A stretch of DNA of 53,388 nucleotides. Origin: Prorocentrum cordatum (Eukaryota). Position 1 is the first letter of the stretch. The number at the start of each line of letters is the position of its first letter. The notes under the pieces were generated by a model. It ran no database searches and was not told the origin of the DNA. It was given only the letters and a program-made list of their open reading frames with translations. Position numbers and translations under genes: made by a program. The stretch is taken from assembly GCA_963575745.1 (NCBI GenBank), contig CAUYUJ010000320.1:62001-115388 (forward strand), given 5' to 3'. Shown here one piece after another: positions 1 through 10,300 of this stretch.

Positions 1-1390
1 CAAGCGCCACACATCAATTGGCAAGCTTAACACCAAGCTGGGGATATTCGAGGACATCTGGGGCAAGGGCCACAGCGAAGAGGACGTCGCGCTCCTCCGT
101 GGCCTGCGACAGGCAGCGGCCGCGACACCCACGCCGAGATGGACACTGGAGCAGGTGGACCAGGCCATACAAGGAGCACCCGACAAGGGCAAGGGAGCAT
201 ACCAGATGCGCATGTCGGACTTGAGGAGGCCCCCACCACAGGGCAGAGCCAGCTTCGTTTACATGTGCGACGGATGTGAGGAGGCGATCGCTTGGCCATG
301 GCAGGTATTGGTGGCGATCATAATGCTCGAGCCGAAAGGTGACAGCCAATGCCGCCATGCGATCAGCACGGGTGGAGACAGAGCACTGGCGCTACTCAGT
401 CGGTTTGGGCGCTGTTGGGAAGTGCGGAAACGGGCAATGCAGGTCAAGATGCCCAGGAACGCGGCGTTGCCTGGGCAGGGCTGTTTGAGAGAGGCCATGC
501 TGGAGATCATCGGCGACGAGTCCGCGGACGCGCTGGGGGCGACCACAGCGGGGGCGCTCATCGACGCCGAGAGATTCCACCGCAGCGCCGGGTTCGGCTT
601 CGCGGCAAAGGCAGCCCAGTACTACAACTTCCCACCGCGGATCCCGGCTATGGCGATGCTCCAGCACATGACACCGCGAACGCTCGGACAGGAGGCCTGC
701 TACAGCCAGCGCACGCCGGCCAGCAAGTCCCCGCTTGCAGGCTCGCGCCGCAGCAGCAACCTGGCGAGGGCCCTGGTATGCATCGCGATCAACCGACACC
801 TGAACGACGAGCCCAGCTCCAACCCGCGGATCTGGTTCGACGACATCAGCCTGGGAGCGACGGGGGGCACAGCATCGACGGAAAAAGGACATCGCCATGC
901 ACGTCGCCTCGCTAACGGAGCAGCTGGAAAGACGGAGCAGCTGGAAAGAAGCAACCTGACGATAGCAGATAAGTCGGCGGTGTTCGTCCCCGCGGCAAAG
1001 AGCACAGCCAACATCGCGAGGGGGCTCGCCGAGAGGAAAATCAAGGTTAAGCCAGTCACAGAAGGACGCGACCTAGGGCTTCACAGAACAGCTCGCCTAA
1101 TCATGGCAGGGAAGAGCGAGCAAGGCAGGAAGACGCTTCAACATGACCGGCCGCGAGATGAGGCAGTTGAACACCAAGCAGACTAAAGGCATAGTAGAGC
1201 AAGGAGCCATGGCGTCATTGCTCTACGGATGCAGAGCATGCGGAAGCTCACCATCGGAGCTGAAGAACATCAGGAGGCAGTGCATGCGGTAAGGCAACGC
1301 GGAGAACCTGGACGGGGAGGTGCGTGTGCACGCTGCTCGCACTTGAGGGCAGCGGTCCAGTACGGACAGCACTGCGAGCCCAGCCCCAGG
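1..1390 (+). pseudogene. Decayed non-LTR retrotransposon reverse-transcriptase fragment
   Basis: ORF 155-1186 has RT-like motifs in order: LIDAERFH (LDxxxFD), IWFDDISL (YxDD), IADKSAVF, GRDLG. Drift and frameshifts are evident. Confidence 0.6.
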
Positions 1391-1403
1391 GCCGGCTATC
1401 GCG

Positions 1404-1817
1404 TTTAGTCGGGCCTGTCCCCACACAGGCGGAATTTGGACGAACAAATTGTGAAACAAAGCAAAAGCTATCCCCAAAGCCTCAAACATACCCAGAACAA
1501 ATCGTCCCCAGACTATTTTTTTACAATCTTTGAGTATTCCTCCTGTAGAGGCCTCCTAGATGGGGTCGGAGTAGATGGGGTCGGAGGATCTCGCCGCATC
1601 GCTGATACATCGGCGATGCATCGCCGATGCATCGGCGATGCATCGGCGATGCACTGGAGACGTCGGCGATGCATCGGCGACGTCGGCGTGGATGAAATTG
1701 GGCCCCAAATCGAGCCGCATCGCCGATGCATCGGCGATGCCGCGCGATCCTCCGACCCCATCTACTCCGACCCCATCTAGGAGGCCTAGATCCTGTGGGA
1801 CGACAGGCCCGACGTAA
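1404..1817. mobile_element. MITE family D copy (TIR TTAAGTCGGGC-type)
   Basis: GTCGGGCCTGTC…GACAGGCCCGAC termini; hosts the family C element. Confidence 0.7.
1546..1790. mobile_element. Foldback MITE (family C) nested in a family D element
   Basis: TIRs of about 45 bp (GGCCTCCTAGATGGGGTCGGAGTAGATGGGGTCGGAGGATC), internal CATCGGCGATG repeats, TSD TCCTG. Confidence 0.85.
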
Positions 1818-1939
1818 GGCGATGGCCTCGCCCCGAGCCGCCGCTGTCGACGGCCCCGCGCGCGGCCCCGCGAGGGGCCCCGGAGGCCGAAGCAGGCGGC
1901 AAAAGAGAAAGCCCGCCTCGAATTTTGCTCGAGAGGCGC

Positions 1940-2140
1940 CAGAGGTCCCCAGACCTCCTGGCGTCGTGAAAAAATCACGACGGGAGGTTTTCCGTTATTT
2001 TCAGCCTCCGGGGGCCCTCGCCGGGCCTCGGGGCCGTCAAAAAACAACTCAGGATGCAAAACCGGCCCCAGGGAAGGGGTCCAGACTTCTGGGGGTCGAA
2101 GTTGTGAAAAAATCACGACGTCGGGGGTCTGGGTCTGGGT
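1940..2140. repeat. Dispersed repeat of about 190 bp (copies at about 2380-2570 and 18280-18465)
   Basis: Shared GGGCCTCGGG…AACTCAGGATG…GGTCCAGAC core. Confidence 0.65.
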
Positions 2141-2678
2141 CCGATGTCTTGCCTCTTCCATGCGGTTCCCTCGGAAGTCTCCTGTCCCAGCGCTGGCAGA
2201 AAATCCCCCCCGACAGCAACCGCCCCGACGCGCGAGGCCTTTAGTAAACGCGCCCAACGAAGGAATCGAACAGGGCAAGGCTGTTTAATAAACGCCCACG
2301 GCCGCTTAGTGAACGCCACTTGTCCGGTCCGGGTGGTCTTTCCTAGAAGTGCAGCCAGGCTCCTGAGAGAGGAAACGCCAACCCAGACGTCGGGCGCCTC
2401 GAACAAAAATCGAGGCGGAAGCTTTGGGTTGTTTCCGGCCTCTCGGGGCTCTCGCCGGGCCTCGGGACCGCCAAGAAACGACTCGGGATGAAAAGGCGGT
2501 CCCGGGGAAGTGGTCGGGAGGTCGGGGGCCCGTGCCTCGAAGAAGCCGACGCGTCGGATGTCTGGGAATTAATGAAGAACGAGGCCTGCGGAGCTGCCCG
2601 GGAGGCCCCCCAAGAGGCCCCCCAAGAGACCCCAGCAGGTTCTCCCAAGGGGGTGCCCGGAAGGGCTCCAGAGCGTCA

Positions 2679-2710
<32 letters not shown>

Positions 2711-2919
2711 CTCCCCTATCGGGGTCGGCGGCGCCGGCCGTAAGGACTTCCCAATGATTACCAGCCTGGAACATATCCCTATCCCTATGCTGGGCACCTC
2801 CTCATCACGGTGTCAATCTTAGGGATTCCCATATTTTTGGAAGGCGAATCCTTAAGATTGTCATCGCCTTTTGGCGTGTCAATCTTAGGGATAGGGGTAA
2901 TTACGTTCGATAAAATGAG

Positions 2920-4118
2920 GAACGAACGAACGAACGAAGCTGCCGTCGCCGGGAAGGGCCGGCGCCCCTGCAAGGGAGGCAGGCGCGCCCGTAGCGCGCT
3001 GGCCCTCTGAGAGGACCGGGAACGTGCTGCAACATACGCATGGCGATTCAGTGCCTGTGCGGGGTAGGAGGAGACAAGAGAGGCAAGAGGGGCGCAGACG
3101 GATCACGAATGTGGAAAATATGGTGCGTCTCGTCACCTCCATGAGGAATTGCACGTACTCGCTCTCGTATTCAGACCATACTTATGTGCCTTGCGCTGCA
3201 GATACCCACGACTCCCAATGCTTCTCACGAGCGAACAAAACCAAGTCATCCTCCCATCTTGAAAACCGCCCTGGGCGCGAACGGATCGGACAGGCGGCCG
3301 TTCCTCTGGATTGTTCCCTCCACCAGACGTTGTCTCTCCACTCGGTGGTCCTCCGGGCCCACCGGTCCACAGCCACGTTTGCAGTCTTCCCTGCCCAACG
3401 CCACTTTACTTTGAGATAACTGTCTTCCCAACATTGACAACCGGCTTGCTTGGCCGTGTTTTCCGCGGCATGGGTAGACCGCTTGATCCAACTGATGTAC
3501 TCTTCGTCGGGTCGTCGCCTTGGGCCCACCATCCGGCGTAGCATTATTCTCCGTGTGCTTCACAAGCGCCTTTTCTGCGTCACAGTAAGTTTCCACGACT
3601 CTGCACACCGCAAGACAATCTTGGAAACAGTCGCTTCGATTCGAATAGTTTAAGCCGTTTGATCTGCGAGGCGTCCCGTTTCATCAACATGTCATTGAGG
3701 CTGGAGAACTTGGCCCATCCTTCTCTTAGTCTGTGCTCAAACTCCGCGGTGGTATTCCCGTTCATTGTGATCATTGTGCCAAGCACTTTGAAGCCTTCGT
3801 TGCAACTGCATAGCGGATATCTATCGCCCGCCAATTTGACATGCTCCCCAGAGTACACTTCTCTTCCCACGCATTGTATGCTGCACTTCCCAGAATTCAG
3901 TTGAATCGCAAGTTCTTGTTTGATAGAAGCAAGCATTTTCCCGAACACGCGTTTTGACTTAGCCACGATGGTCGTGTCGGCGGCGAACATGGCGTACGTC
4001 ATCCTGTTCTCCCCCAGCACGTTGCTCCCGATGATGGTGCCGTAGCCTCTCTTCTCCCACTCCTCCTTCAAGGGCTTCATGGCTTCTCTGATTGTGTTGG
4101 CGATAAGAGCCGGAGACA
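2920..4118 (-). mobile_element. 5'-truncated RTE-like LINE (RT C-terminal half, 3' UTR, (TTCG)n tail)
   Basis: Motifs LSPALI, MFAADTTIVA (FADD), LNSGKC, FKVLG..I, and KWRWAGK..RW..W..RGR..RW in the RTE-type C-terminus. Frameshifted; short tandem-repeat tail at 2920-2938. Confidence 0.8.
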
Positions 4119-4297
4119 GTGGTAAAATGAAGAGCGAAGCCCTTTGCTGGCACCAGAAGAGCCGCCGGCGCACGAGGAGGGCAGGAGGAGCGACCACGCA
4201 GCGACGATGGGGGAGCCGCGGGCCCCCCTGCCGAGGCAGGAGCGGTCGCTGCCGCAGCGCGCTGGCTGCACGCACAGCAGGAGCCCGACCACAAGAG

Positions 4298-4462
4298 TGA
4301 AGGGGCCCCGGGACACAGAAATAAGTACACACAAAGAAAAGGATTCCCCATATTTTCCCATAGTTTCTGAGTTTCTGTTCTCCTCCCCCCAATTCCCATA
4401 TTTCCCCATATTTTCCTGGGGGTCGACGATTAATGGTGTCTGTGCGTTTCTTTCTCTCCTGA
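4298..4462. mobile_element. Short element family B, copy 1
   Basis: TGAAGGGG…CTCCTGA with TSD AAGAG. Confidence 0.85.
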
Positions 4463-4784
4463 AAGAGGCCCAACCCTCAAGACCCCGGGGCGTCCATGGC
4501 CCTTTGATGTGGGGGCGCCACGCTCTCCACGGCAAAGCCATCGGAGCCCAAGAAGCCCAGGGCACCCTCTGGAGGCAAGCGGGGTGTTCTTTCGGCGCGT
4601 GTCTCCGCTGTACGTTGGAGGTCTGGGAAGCTGTCGACCCCGCGCAGGGGAGGAGGAGGAGGAGGAGGAGGAGGAGGAGGAGGAGGAGGAGGAGGAGGAG
4701 GAGGAAGAGAGCTGTCTCGATCAAGCATGTGCTTAGAGAGCGGCTCACATCATTCACCTGACCCACCTCCCCTTATTTCTTCCC

Positions 4785-5660
4785 ATGGTTGTTCTTGCTC
4801 GTCTCCGGTGGATTCAGCGCCAGGTGGCCACTCGTCGTGTCCACATTTCCATCGGCGAGGCCACGGACCCCGACAAGATGAAGTACAAGATAGTGCTGTC
4901 TCCGGAGCGTGCGCCTCCTGGTCCTGCACACTCGCTGGTGGTCAGCTCGGTCATCGAAGAACTCATCAACACCCTCGGCACTCTGTCTGCCACAGACCGT
5001 GGTCATGCACATAGCGACGGTACTTCAGTCGTGCAGATCTGGCTGGACAAACCACAGTTTCGTCGCGATGATCCTGTTCTCCCTCCGCGTGCCGAAGGCG
5101 ACGATGGGGCTGGTCCTGCGCCCACTGCGCGGCCGAAGCACGAGCAGCCAGAAGAGGAACTCGGCGAGCGCTCAACACTTCGGCGCCGGCGCGGCACGCC
5201 CGACCCGAGCAGAGCTCCCTCTGTAGGGGCAAGCTCGTGCCACTCGGTGAAGAGGCCTGCTGCTACTACTGTTGCTGTGGAGGACGTGAAGACCGCCGCA
5301 GACGAGGAGACCGGAGCAGCTGCTGTAGCCGCGCCGCCTTCTGCGCCAGCGCACTCTTCCGCTCCAGCGCAGCAGGCCTCTGAGCCGAGTCCAGCGCCGG
5401 AAACGCCCGAGGCCATGCCTTCGCCAGCGGTGACAGAGGCAGGAACTTTCATGCAGCAGCCCCCCGCGGTCTCTGGGCATGCGCCTGCTGGCAACGTGGT
5501 GGATATGCTGGCCCTGGCTCGACAGCTCCAGTCATTGGGACAACAGTTGCCACCCCTGCTGCCTCAAAGCTGGGAGATGGCACGCGACCCTGTGAGCGGC
5601 ATGACGTACTTCTTCAACCGTGTGACAAGTGAGTCTAGTGGGCTGCCCCCTCACGTGTAG
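4785..5660 (+). CDS. Intronless 291-aa ORF with a C-terminal WW-like domain; possible retrogene
   Basis: Open ATG-TAG frame in non-repetitive sequence. The C-terminus LPQSWEMARDPVSGMTYFFNRVTSESSGLPP fits the WW consensus except that the second Trp is Gly. Confidence 0.65.
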   Translation: MVVLARLRWIQRQVATRRVHISIGEATDPDKMKYKIVLSPERAPPGPAHSLVVSSVIEELINTLGTLSATDRGHAHSDGTSVVQIWLDKPQFRRDDPVLPPRAEGDDGAGPAPTARPKHEQPEEELGERSTLRRRRGTPDPSRAPSVGASSCHSVKRPAATTVAVEDVKTAADEETGAAAVAAPPSAPAHSSAPAQQASEPSPAPETPEAMPSPAVTEAGTFMQQPPAVSGHAPAGNVVDMLALARQLQSLGQQLPPLLPQSWEMARDPVSGMTYFFNRVTSESSGLPPHV

Positions 5661-7249
5661 CGTGCACCATGTCTCAGCGTAGCATTTCGCATTTTGCAAC
5701 GCGCACCCTGTCAGCCAGGCACAATTCGAGAGGAAGCCATTCGACGCACGCTTGAAGCTTCTGCGCACATATTGGCCAGGTAGCTGTGCAGATTGGTCGG
5801 CATCGGCAACTGGTCGCGGCTCGTAACGTGACCAAACGATTAGAAAAAAAAAAACGGAAGCGACACGATTTTTCTTCTTTTTTTAACAAAACAAGTTTTC
5901 CGGGGGGGCGCGTAGGACACGATTAGGCGCCGCGACGCCGGACGCTTTGCGCCCAGGGCGGCGGCGAAGCGGGCGGCGGAGCCGGCGGCGGGGGGGAGGA
6001 GGGGGAGAGGGGAAGAGAGCGGGGGAGGGGGAGGCCGGAGGTGGTTCCCCTCGCCGCCCCTCCTCCCCTCTCCTCTCCGCCTTCCCTCTCCCCCCTCCTC
6101 CCCTCTCCTCCCCGCCTTCTCTCTCCCCCTGACAGGCGGCGTCAGGCAGCCCGCCGGTCCCGCGACCGCACGCGCCTCCTCGGTCCAAGAAACGCACCCC
6201 TCACGCGGACCACGGGGTCTTAGCGAACAGGGGGTTGGGACGGGCAGTCACGACCCTCGCCCCCCTCCCGCCCTCAGGAGTGGAGGGGAGGGGGGTCGTG
6301 ACCTTCGCCCCTGCCCGTGGGAGCCCCCATTCGCCCGCGAACAGGGGGTTGGTACGAACGTTCACGACCCCTCTCCCCCCCAGCCGCGGCCGCGGCTGAG
6401 GGGAGGCGGGGTCGTGACCATCCGCACGTGGGAGCCCCCATTCGCGGACCCTTCCCGTTCCCTTTCCGCCCCCTCTCCTCCCTTCCCTCCCTCCTCCCCT
6501 TCCCCTCCCTAGCCCCCCTTCCCCGCCCCCTCCCCATCCCCTCCCCTCGCAGAGAGGGCGGCGCCTTTGTCAAGCGAGCGCAGCCAGCCAGGGGAACTGC
6601 GCTCAAATGAGCGCTCGGCGGCGAGCGGCCAGGGGTACGGAAGAGGGTGGGGCGGGCGGGGCGAGGGTAGCGGAAGGACACGATTAAACAAAAAGTTTCC
6701 GGGCGAAAATCCTAATCGGGGCGTTCCTTGTTTCTGGGGGAGGGGGGGGGCGGGGAGGGAAGGTCGCATTTTTTTAATCATGTGGTCACATTAAATCCTG
6801 TGTCTGGCCCCCGCTCGGCCCTGGAGGGCCCGGCGCTGTGTCATGGACACCCTGAACCCAAGCTCCCCCGATGCGGGCCCTCCTCCTCTTCTTCTCTCTC
6901 CCTCCCTTGCGTCCCCCCTCTTGAGTCTTGAGTGGGTGCTTGGGCTCTGGCCTCGCCCTCTCTGCGTGGCTCGTGGCCTGGGGAGTCCTCGTCGCCGCCG
7001 TCTCCATCCCGCTGAATCTCTGCCCAGTCCCACCGAGGCTTCAACCCTCCGCCTTAATGAGGAGAAGAAGAAGAGGAGGAGGAGGAGGAGGGGGAGGAGG
7101 GGGAGGAGGAGGGGGAGGAGGGGGAAGAGAGAGAGGAGGAGGGAGGAGGAGGAGGAGGAGAGGAGAATGGAGGAGGAGGAGGAGGAGGAGGAGGAGGAGG
7201 AGGAAAAGGAGGAAGTCTGGGGCGCAGGCGACTCCGCTCGTGCGGCCAC

Positions 7250-7360
7250 CTCGGCGAGGCGCCCCCACCGCAGCGGCGGCGCCGCCGCGGCCGCCGGCCC
7301 GCCGCCAGCGCAGCCCGCCCCCGCCGCCCCCGCGGCGCCGGCCGCGGGGCCCGGGCGGGC
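7250..7360 (-). CDS. Putative formin C-terminal exon (ARPGPAAG…WGRLAE)
   Basis: Follows exact excision of the TIR element 7367-7671 through TSD-borne AG|G. The 3' boundary (GAG|GT) is tentative. Confidence 0.5.
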
Positions 7361-10300
7361 CTCGTCTTGGGTCGGGCATATCCTCCTACACGGGCGTCGT
7401 CTTCGGGCGGGCCTCGTCCTCGGTCGTCTTCGGTCGGGCGGGCCTCGTCCTGGGTCGGATCTTGGAATCAAAACGAAGCGTAGTTTCTGTGGAGGTTCTG
7501 AGTACAAATGAAACGTAGGTGCTCTCTAAATTGAACAAAATCTCGAAAAACAGAAAACTCGAAAAATATGGAGCATGAGAAGAATATAAAAGAACAGAGC
7601 GATCGTCCCCAGATTATCTGTGGAGACTGTTTTTGGAATCTTCCTCATGTAGAGGGCCATGCCCGACTTCGGCCTCGTCCAGGCGCCAGAGCGCGCGCAG
7701 CTCCGCGGGCCCCGGGGCCTCGCCCGCGCAGAGGGCGGCGGCGGCCGCGGCGTCCGCGGCCAGCAGGTCTCGCGGGCGGGGGGACCCTGAGACCCTGGCG
7801 CGACTGAAGTTTTCTCTCGAGCCGGGCGTTGTCGCTCAGCTGCGGGCACCCGGGGCCCTCACAGATCGATCCGGCTCGAAAGCTGACGCAGAAAGGTGGG
7901 GTCCGGGGCTCCGGGCGCGATTCGCTGGTCGGGTGCGGCCAAGAGGGGGGCGTCCAAGAGGGGGGGGCGCAAATCATGGCCGGCGGCATGTGCGCGGCCC
8001 AGGGGGGGAGGCGGGGACGCATGGAAGCAAGAAGGGGCGACATGAAATCTGGGGAAAGATCCTGGCCCTCGCCACGAGATCCTTTCCCCCCCACCTGGTC
8101 GTCACCCCCCTCTCTGCCGTCCCCGAGCGTACGATGCTGCATTTTTCTTGTGCGACGTCGGGTCTCAAGGCAGGGCTGAACCTAACCGGTGTTTTTCGTT
8201 CTCGTTTTGTCTTTGCTTTTCCCTCGTGCTGTCTTCAGTCCACCTCCTGCAGCAGAAACGAAGTCGAAACGAGCAACGGCCCACGACATCGCCCAAACAC
8301 CGTGTAGGTCCAGCCCTGTCTCAAGGAACACACGGTCGGGGACGTCTGCTCGGCGTGTCTGAAGGGACCCCAGGACACACAAAAGAATACACACAAATAA
8401 ACAGATTCCAAATATTTTCCCATATTTTCTGGGTTTCTGTCTTCCCCCCCACTTCACATACTTTCCCATATTTTCTTGGGGATCGACGATTCATTGTGTC
8501 TGTGTGTTTTTTTACCTCCTGGGTGTCGCGGCGCGACGCGCGCCGCGCCCTGCGGCTGGGCGGCCCGTGTCGCTCCGCTGGTCCGCGCGGGCGGGGGCCC
8601 GCGCGGCGGAGGCTCTGGGCGTGGACGCCCGGGGGACGGCGCTGCACCGACCTCGCCGACGCTTACAGTCGGGGCGTTGACCTAAGGAACCCTGAAAAAG
8701 GAACGAGGCCCCCTTTTCCCCAATAAGTTAGACTTTGATCTCCGATCAAAGGCATGAGGAAAACCTGAGGCGAGCTGTGAAACACTTAAGGAACACGGAG
8801 CCCCTCCCCACCGAAAAGGGTTCCTTCTTCAGGGCCCCGACTGTAGCTGCACCGATACGCAACACGCAACACGTAGCGTACTGATACGGAGCTCAACACG
8901 CAGGCTGAAACCGTGGTCCAATACGTGGAGCCAACACGCAACGTATCGACACGGACGCCTTGAACACGGGACGTGCTGCGTTTCAGAACGGGCGCATCGA
9001 GGCAACTAAGCGCAGACGTGCTCCAGCGGATCGTCGCGCGGACTTCTGTCCGTGCAAAACCCCGAGCTGGCAAGCGGCAAGCGAAGCGAATGTCACGTAG
9101 ACTTTTTTTATAGTCTGCCTTCCTGGCCCAAGAAAAAAAGATCCGCACGAGATTCACCTCGGAGTCCAGAACGCGAAGTTCTCCAGGACACTCGGGGCCC
9201 GCCCTATCGTTTCCGACTGAAGTCCGCTCTGCGATGTTGGCGCCATTGGAAGTGGACAGCGCGGCGCGCCGCAGCGCTGGGGGGGGGCCAGATGAAGAGG
9301 CCCCAGGACACACAAATAAATACACACAAATAAAAGGATTCCCCATATGTTCCCATATGTTCTGGGTTCTTTGTCTTCCCCCCCACTTCCCATATTTTCC
9401 CATATTTTCAGGGAACCGACGATCAATTGTGTCTGTGTGCTTTTTCCCTCCTGACCAGAACCGGCGGCGCGACACGCCAGGCTTCAGTTCCCGACCGGAT
9501 CCGTAGCGGCGGCCTCGCGGGCGGGGCCCCCGGGGCCGCGACCCCGCGGACACGGGGCGCCGCTCCGCGGAGGCCCCGCGCCGAGCGTGCCCGCACGACC
9601 GCGCAGATCCGCGGGATCGCGCCCCGGAAGCCAGACCGCGAGGGCGCAGATACGGATCGATTTCGGTCGGGCACGTCCTCTCCTACAGGCGGAACTTGGT
9701 AGACAAATGAATACTCGAGTCGCAAAAAAAAGTACGGGAAGGAAATCGCCCCCGCGCATTACTTTGTGGCAGCGTTCCTCCTGTAGAGGGACATGCTCGA
9801 CTTAAGAAAAGCTGTTCGCCGCCCGTGGAGGCCGCTGGGAAAGAGCAGGTCGTCCCAGAGCAGGCAGAAGTCGGCGCTCCGCAGGGACTCGGCGCAGAAG
9901 CGGCGCCGCAGGGCGGCGAAGTTCTGGGCGGCGCCGTCGCGCGCGAGCGCGAGCTGGCCAATGGACGCCCGGGCCCGCTCGAACTCCCGGGGCATCCTCG
10001 CCCGGAAGGCATCCGCGGGGTCCTCTCGAAGGGCAAAAACCTTCATGAGCGTGATTTCTCCGATTTTTGGCGCTCCGCGCGGATTTCCTGGATCCGCGCC
10101 GGGCACCCCCCCCGGCGGCGCCTCCGGCGCCGCGCGCCAGGGAGGGGGGTCCAGCGCCGATCCAAGAACTCCGCGCGGACCTCCTGTGGAACCATGCTTT
10201 TGCAGCTGTGTTGTTCCTCTATCCTCGATGGCCTCCAGCGTCGCTTCCATCAGTTTCTGCTTCGCCGCCAGCTCCTTCGGTGGCAACTCATGGGAGCCTC

